The translations under genes and the position numbers were made by a program. The notes beneath the pieces were generated by a model that had not been told where the DNA came from, did no database searches, and saw only the letters and a program-made list of their open reading frames with translations. From a virus, in the IMG/VR virus record IMGVR_UViG_3300023174_006137, positions 64,001 through 128,000 of that record: a stretch of 64,000 bases of DNA; one strand, 5' to 3'. Below are positions 59,969 through 64,000 of this stretch, piece by piece. Position 1 is the stretch's first letter. Every line of letters begins with the position of its first letter.

Positions 59969-61035
59969 ATTATTTTGGCAAAATTACGCTTTCCAACTTT
60001 TATTATATCACCAGTTTTTATTTCAAATTCTTCAGTAACTTTTTCGCCATTTACTTTCACAGCATTAGATTTCAATAATCTTCTAGCATCTGATTTAGAA
60101 CCCTTAATTATTTTACTTACTATTTCAACAAGATTTCCAACTGATAATTCAATCATATCTTCAGGAATTTGCTTACTTTGTATTACTGATTCAAAATGAA
60201 TTTTAGCCATTTCTGCTAATTCTTCATTCCATATTTCAGTTGTTATTTGAAAAGCCAATTCTTTCTTTTGCTCCATTGGATGCTTAATTTCAATTTTATC
60301 AAAGAAAATTGGCAACCATTCATTCATAGTTTCATCAGAAATAGACATACATTTTCCAAAAACATCTTCTGGAGAATCATTTAAATTAATAGTATTGTTA
60401 AATGATTTTGACATTTTTCTACCATCTAATCCATTAATTACAGGTGTCATTATACAAACTTGTGGTTCAATACCATTAATAGTTTGCAACTCACGTCCTT
60501 TAATCATATTAAGTAATTGATCTTGACCACCGATTTCAAAATTAGATTTCAATACTACACTATCTATACCTTGTAATAAGGGATATACTAATTCTTGCAT
60601 TGATATTCCTGAACCATTTTGTATTCGATTTTGAAAAGAATCACGATTTAATAAATCTTGAACCGTAAATTTTGATAAAATAGACATTATATCAACTAAA
60701 GTCATTTTATCAAACCATTCATTATTAAAATGAATAGTTATATCATCGCCTAGTATTCTTTTTATTTGTGGTAAAATGCAACTTGTATTTTCTAATACAA
60801 CTTCTTTTTCCAACATAGGCCTAGTAGAATCTCTACCTGTAGCATCACCAATTGTAGAAGTAAATGTACCTAATACAATATGTATATCACAACCATCATT
60901 CTTCAACAATTTAACAATTCTTAAAGGCAATAAATGACCTAAATGCAGCGAAGTCCCAGAAGGATCAATACCAAATTTAACTATACCTTTCTTTTGAAAA
61001 AGATTTGTATTTTCGGGAAATGTAGAAAATTTCAT
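59965..61035 (-). CDS. tyrS: Tyrosyl-tRNA synthetase
   Basis: KFGIDPS, HLGH, YPLLQG.D, GGQDQ, KMSKS, S4 domain; promoter at 61042-61073. Confidence 0.95.
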   Translation of the reverse strand: MKFSTFPENTNLFQKKGIVKFGIDPSGTSLHLGHLLPLRIVKLLKNDGCDIHIVLGTFTSTIGDATGRDSTRPMLEKEVVLENTSCILPQIKRILGDDITIHFNNEWFDKMTLVDIMSILSKFTVQDLLNRDSFQNRIQNGSGISMQELVYPLLQGIDSVVLKSNFEIGGQDQLLNMIKGRELQTINGIEPQVCIMTPVINGLDGRKMSKSFNNTINLNDSPEDVFGKCMSISDETMNEWLPIFFDKIEIKHPMEQKKELAFQITTEIWNEELAEMAKIHFESVIQSKQIPEDMIELSVGNLVEIVSKIIKGSKSDARRLLKSNAVKVNGEKVTEEFEIKTGDIIKVGKRNFAKII

Positions 61036-61081
61036 AATAAGCAAAGATAAGAAAAAAAATTTAAGAAAACAAATAAAATTT

Positions 61082-61645
61082 TTAACTTATTTTACTTTTA
61101 AGAAAATCATCAAATTTACTAACCAATGATATTGATTTAGCTAAAATATCCTTTTTTTCTTCGTCGAATTTATATTTACCAAAATAACTATTTTGAAAAT
61201 GTAATCTTAATAAATTAACATCATCTAAAATTGAATTATTTGGATATTTTTTATCATATGAATTTTTAATAAAATGATACATCATATTACTTGGCTCAGT
61301 AAAAATACCTTCAATATCACAATTTTTTAATCTATCATATGCTTTTCCATATTCAGTTTTTTTACCAAAAATAGAATTAACTATTGTTTTAAAACTTTCA
61401 TTATATGATTTAATTGTAAAATATTTTTTAAAAGTATTTACACCACAAGTTTGACTATATTCGTCATCATGATATATTTTATAATAATTTTTACCTTTTG
61501 TATCAGTTTTTAATTGATATTTATATTCTTCACCACTATTAAATCCTTCTAAGCCTGAAACGCCAAGTGGTTCATCTTTACAAACACAAATACCTTCTTC
61601 TTTTATTTCATTAGCTTCGTTAAAAGCAATCCAATTTTTAATCAT
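61082..61645 (-). CDS. Hypothetical protein (MIKNWIAFNEA N-terminus)
   Basis: ORF track. Confidence 0.6.
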   Translation of the reverse strand: MIKNWIAFNEANEIKEEGICVCKDEPLGVSGLEGFNSGEEYKYQLKTDTKGKNYYKIYHDDEYSQTCGVNTFKKYFTIKSYNESFKTIVNSIFGKKTEYGKAYDRLKNCDIEGIFTEPSNMMYHFIKNSYDKKYPNNSILDDVNLLRLHFQNSYFGKYKFDEEKKDILAKSISLVSKFDDFLKSKIS

Positions 61646-62349
61646 AAATTATTTTTAATTATTTTTATGTATGATGGATGTATATTATCATAAGTAAAAT
61701 AACCGCCATAAAAATTAGGATCAGTGTGTAACATTAAATTATCCTCTCGACAATCTATTTCTAATAAAGCGTATAAATCATTATCTATTCTTTTTAAAAG
61801 AGTCAATAAATTATTATAATTATTTTCATCAACAAAAACATAAATTCTTTCAGGATGATCTGATTTTTTATTTTTTGATTTAGGATACAATCCTTTCTTA
61901 AGGATATTAGGCAAAAACTTACTTTTTGTAAGATGATATACATAGTCAGGACAAATTACATTATTAGTATATATACCATCTTCGTATTTTGATTCAAATT
62001 TAATAAAAATAGTATCTGATAATTTAATTTTATCTAAATTTTTTTTATCTTCTATTTCATGCCATTTAAAATTTTCCTCATTATTGTCTCTAAATTTTAA
62101 TTTAAAATTAGAAGGATAATAACCATAGAGATTTGAATAATTCATTATTAACGATTTTAATAAATCAATATCTAAATTAGAATTTTTAATAATTATTATT
62201 ATTTCAAATTTAGATTTAGCACCGACTTGATTTTTTATTCTCCATTTTGATAAGTCAAAAGAAATTAATTCTGCTGATTTTTTAGAATCATGCGAAACAA
62301 TGAGTCCTTCTTTAATTTCAATTATAAATTTTTCATAACTTTTAATCAT
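61642..62349 (-). CDS. Hypothetical protein with ADP-ribosyltransferase/KptA-like C-domain
   Basis: YHLT...ILKKGLYP...RIYVF...LLEID...NIHPSYI. Confidence 0.45.
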   Translation of the reverse strand: MIKSYEKFIIEIKEGLIVSHDSKKSAELISFDLSKWRIKNQVGAKSKFEIIIIIKNSNLDIDLLKSLIMNYSNLYGYYPSNFKLKFRDNNEENFKWHEIEDKKNLDKIKLSDTIFIKFESKYEDGIYTNNVICPDYVYHLTKSKFLPNILKKGLYPKSKNKKSDHPERIYVFVDENNYNNLLTLLKRIDNDLYALLEIDCREDNLMLHTDPNFYGGYFTYDNIHPSYIKIIKNNL

Positions 62350-62513
62350 ATATCTTATAATAATCTTTACCTTTGTATCAGTTTTGAATTGATATTTATA
62401 CTAATTGCCACAATTAAATCTCTCTAAACCAGAATAACATACGATTCATCTTTACAAATATCTTCTTCTTTTATTTGATTAGCTTCATTAAAAGCAATCC
62501 AATTTTTAATCAT
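62350..62513 (-). pseudogene. Degenerate duplicate of the 5' part of gene 61082..61645
   Basis: Starts MIKNWIAFNEAN; DNA aligns with 61470-61645 but has indels and stops. Confidence 0.8.
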
Positions 62514-62527
62514 ACTTTATATATTTA

Positions 62528-62713
62528 TTATAAATAATAAGTATCTGTTGGAAGTGACTTTATTTTTTGTTCTTCCAATTGCTTATCCATTATATTAATA
62601 GCAGCTATATGATTTGGTTTATCTAATATAATTACTTTATCTTCTTCTCTAAGTTTATCCATAATTATATGAGTTTTGCTTATTTTATTTGGTTTATATT
62701 CTTTTTCTTCCAT
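62528..62713 (-). CDS. Hypothetical protein
   Basis: ORF track. Confidence 0.45.
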   Translation of the reverse strand: MEEKEYKPNKISKTHIIMDKLREEDKVIILDKPNHIAAINIMDKQLEEQKIKSLPTDTYYL

Positions 62714-62716
62714 ATA

Positions 62717-62869
62717 TTATATATTCTCTTTGATTTCTTCTTCTTTCCATCCTTCTTCTTCATAATATGAGTATTGTTCACGCAATTTCATACCTTCAGT
62801 TGGTTCCAAAATGACTAATGCTTCAGGATTTAATTTCTGAAGCATTTCAATAAGTTCTTTTACTTTCAT
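62717..62869 (-). CDS. Small hypothetical protein (MKVKELIEMLQKLNPEA...)
   Basis: 50-aa ORF with a common phage N-terminal pattern. Confidence 0.55.
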   Translation of the reverse strand: MKVKELIEMLQKLNPEALVILEPTEGMKLREQYSYYEEEGWKEEEIKENI

Positions 62870-62870
62870 A

Positions 62871-62976
62871 GAGTCAAAGCAGGAATCGAACCTGCGATTG
62901 CTTTACCATACAGAGTGCCATTAGCCGTTAATCTCAACCTTTGGAGGTGCTTATGTTGCCACTACACTATTTGACT
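62871..62976 (-). tRNA. Atypical tRNA-like element (Trp CCA-like loop, expanded centre)
   Basis: Perfect acceptor AGTCAAA/TTTGACT, D arm and T arm; CTCCAAA loop but unpaired anticodon stem. Confidence 0.45.
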
Positions 62977-62996
62977 ATTTTTTATATTTTTGATTT

Positions 62997-63523
62997 TTAT
63001 GAAAGTTTATATCTTTTTTCTTTCATTTTATTAATACGGTTTTTAAAATCAAGTAAAAAAGATTCAGGTATTCTAATTCCCCTTTCTTCAAATTCTTTTA
63101 AAATTTCTTCTTCTGTAAAACACCAATCAGCAATACCTTCTGCCCACATATTTAAATATAATCCCCAAGATTTTTTACCAATTATAACTGATTTCAATAT
63201 ATTTGGATGTCTGCAAATTATTTTTCTTGTTTTAAAGTATCCATCATCAAATAATCTAAATCCTTCTCTGCTACATGTAGAATTTATATCAAATTCTACT
63301 TCTATGTTTTCGCCACAGAATGTTAATAGTCCAGAACGATATACTTTTAAAAAGAAATTAAATTTTTCATTAAAACTATCAGAAAATTTTCGTAATTTAC
63401 GACTATGACGAGTGCCATATTTAGATTGAGTAATTTGTTTTTTTTGTTTAAAGTCGTAAGAGGATTGAGTTCCCGTTACGACTAAATTGCGACCAGCGTG
63501 GTGCCTCCGAAATTTTGATTCAT
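62997..63523 (-). CDS. Hypothetical protein whose long frame lacks an in-frame ATG (possible -1 frameshift)
   Basis: Frame is open 63527->62997; the ORF track calls only the last 66 aa. Confidence 0.4.
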
Positions 63524-63544
63524 AGTTTTATTTTTTATTTTTAG

Positions 63545-63617
63545 TGGAGAATGACGGTTACGATCCGACTACTTAGGTTTGCAAAACCCATGTTTTACCA
63601 ATTACAACTAATTCCCC
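63545..63617 (-). tRNA. tRNA-Ala(UGC)
   Basis: TGGGT TTTGCAA ACCTA; G3.U70. Confidence 0.85.
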
Positions 63618-63688
63618 TCTTAATGAAATGTCAACTGTTCCGGTTGGTGTTTTAAATCTTTCAATCCGTGGTTGACACTTCATTTTTG

Positions 63689-63762
63689 AGTCGATAACCG
63701 GGTTCGAACCGGCTCTATTCCAGCATGGCAAGCTGGTGCACCACCAATTATGCGTTATCGAC
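63689..63762 (-). tRNA. tRNA-Gly(GCC)
   Basis: CCAGC TTGCCAT GCTGG; U73. Confidence 0.85.
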
Positions 63763-64000
63763 TTTTTTAATAATTCTACCTTTTATCCATCCCATACTCA
63801 AATATTGATTTAAATCCATTTTTTTAATTTTTTTATTTCCAAATTCAAAATGATATATCCAACAAGTTCCATACTGTGAGTTTTTTTCTCCTTTTTGATT
63901 TTCTGAATTTTTTTCTCCTATTTTGATTTTTGTCTCTTCTTTATGCTTTTTGCCAGTCCAATTAGGAGGATTCTTCAATACACCTAATTCTCTGAGTTTT
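63748..64000 (-). CDS. C-terminus of NUMOD3-motif homing-endonuclease-like protein (partial)
   Basis: WTGKKHKEETKIKIG, GEKNSQYGTCWI, GWIKGR. Confidence 0.7.
   Translation of the reverse strand, partial: KLRELGVLKNPPNWTGKKHKEETKIKIGEKNSENQKGEKNSQYGTCWIYHFEFGNKKIKKMDLNQYLSMGWIKGRIIKKVDNA

Noticed and set aside
61036-61080. Tyr leader or T-box upstream of tyrS
   Set aside because: The promoter abuts the start codon, leaving no room for a leader
62941-63408. 155-aa plus-strand ORF
   Set aside because: Antisense shadow of the open minus-strand frame

Overview
This is an AT-rich segment of a very large (jumbo/huge) myovirus-like phage genome using the standard genetic code. The host is probably Bacteroidota, because at least 10 TTTG-N19/20-TAnnTTTG promoters are present. 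The window holds a 13.6-kb glycan/nucleotide-sugar locus, a helicase-nuclease plus MTase-like pair, and virion and replication genes (tail-tube-like, neck-like, gp32-like SSB). It also carries ClpC, HU, DHFR and Dam, a translation-support kit (GlnRS, TyrRS, Thg1-like, RnpA), several homing endonucleases, 27 tRNA genes plus one tRNA-like element, and a ~350-nt structured ncRNA candidate. Main discovery: each of the four tRNA clusters whose upstream region is visible is preceded by the same three elements. These are a short unannotated leader ORF whose codons match the anticodons of the downstream tRNAs, an antiterminator segment at the end of that ORF, and an intrinsic terminator. The layout points to ribosome-mediated attenuation that switches on specific phage tRNA sets (and glnS) when the cognate tRNAs become limiting. 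All calls were made by eye, without database searches.
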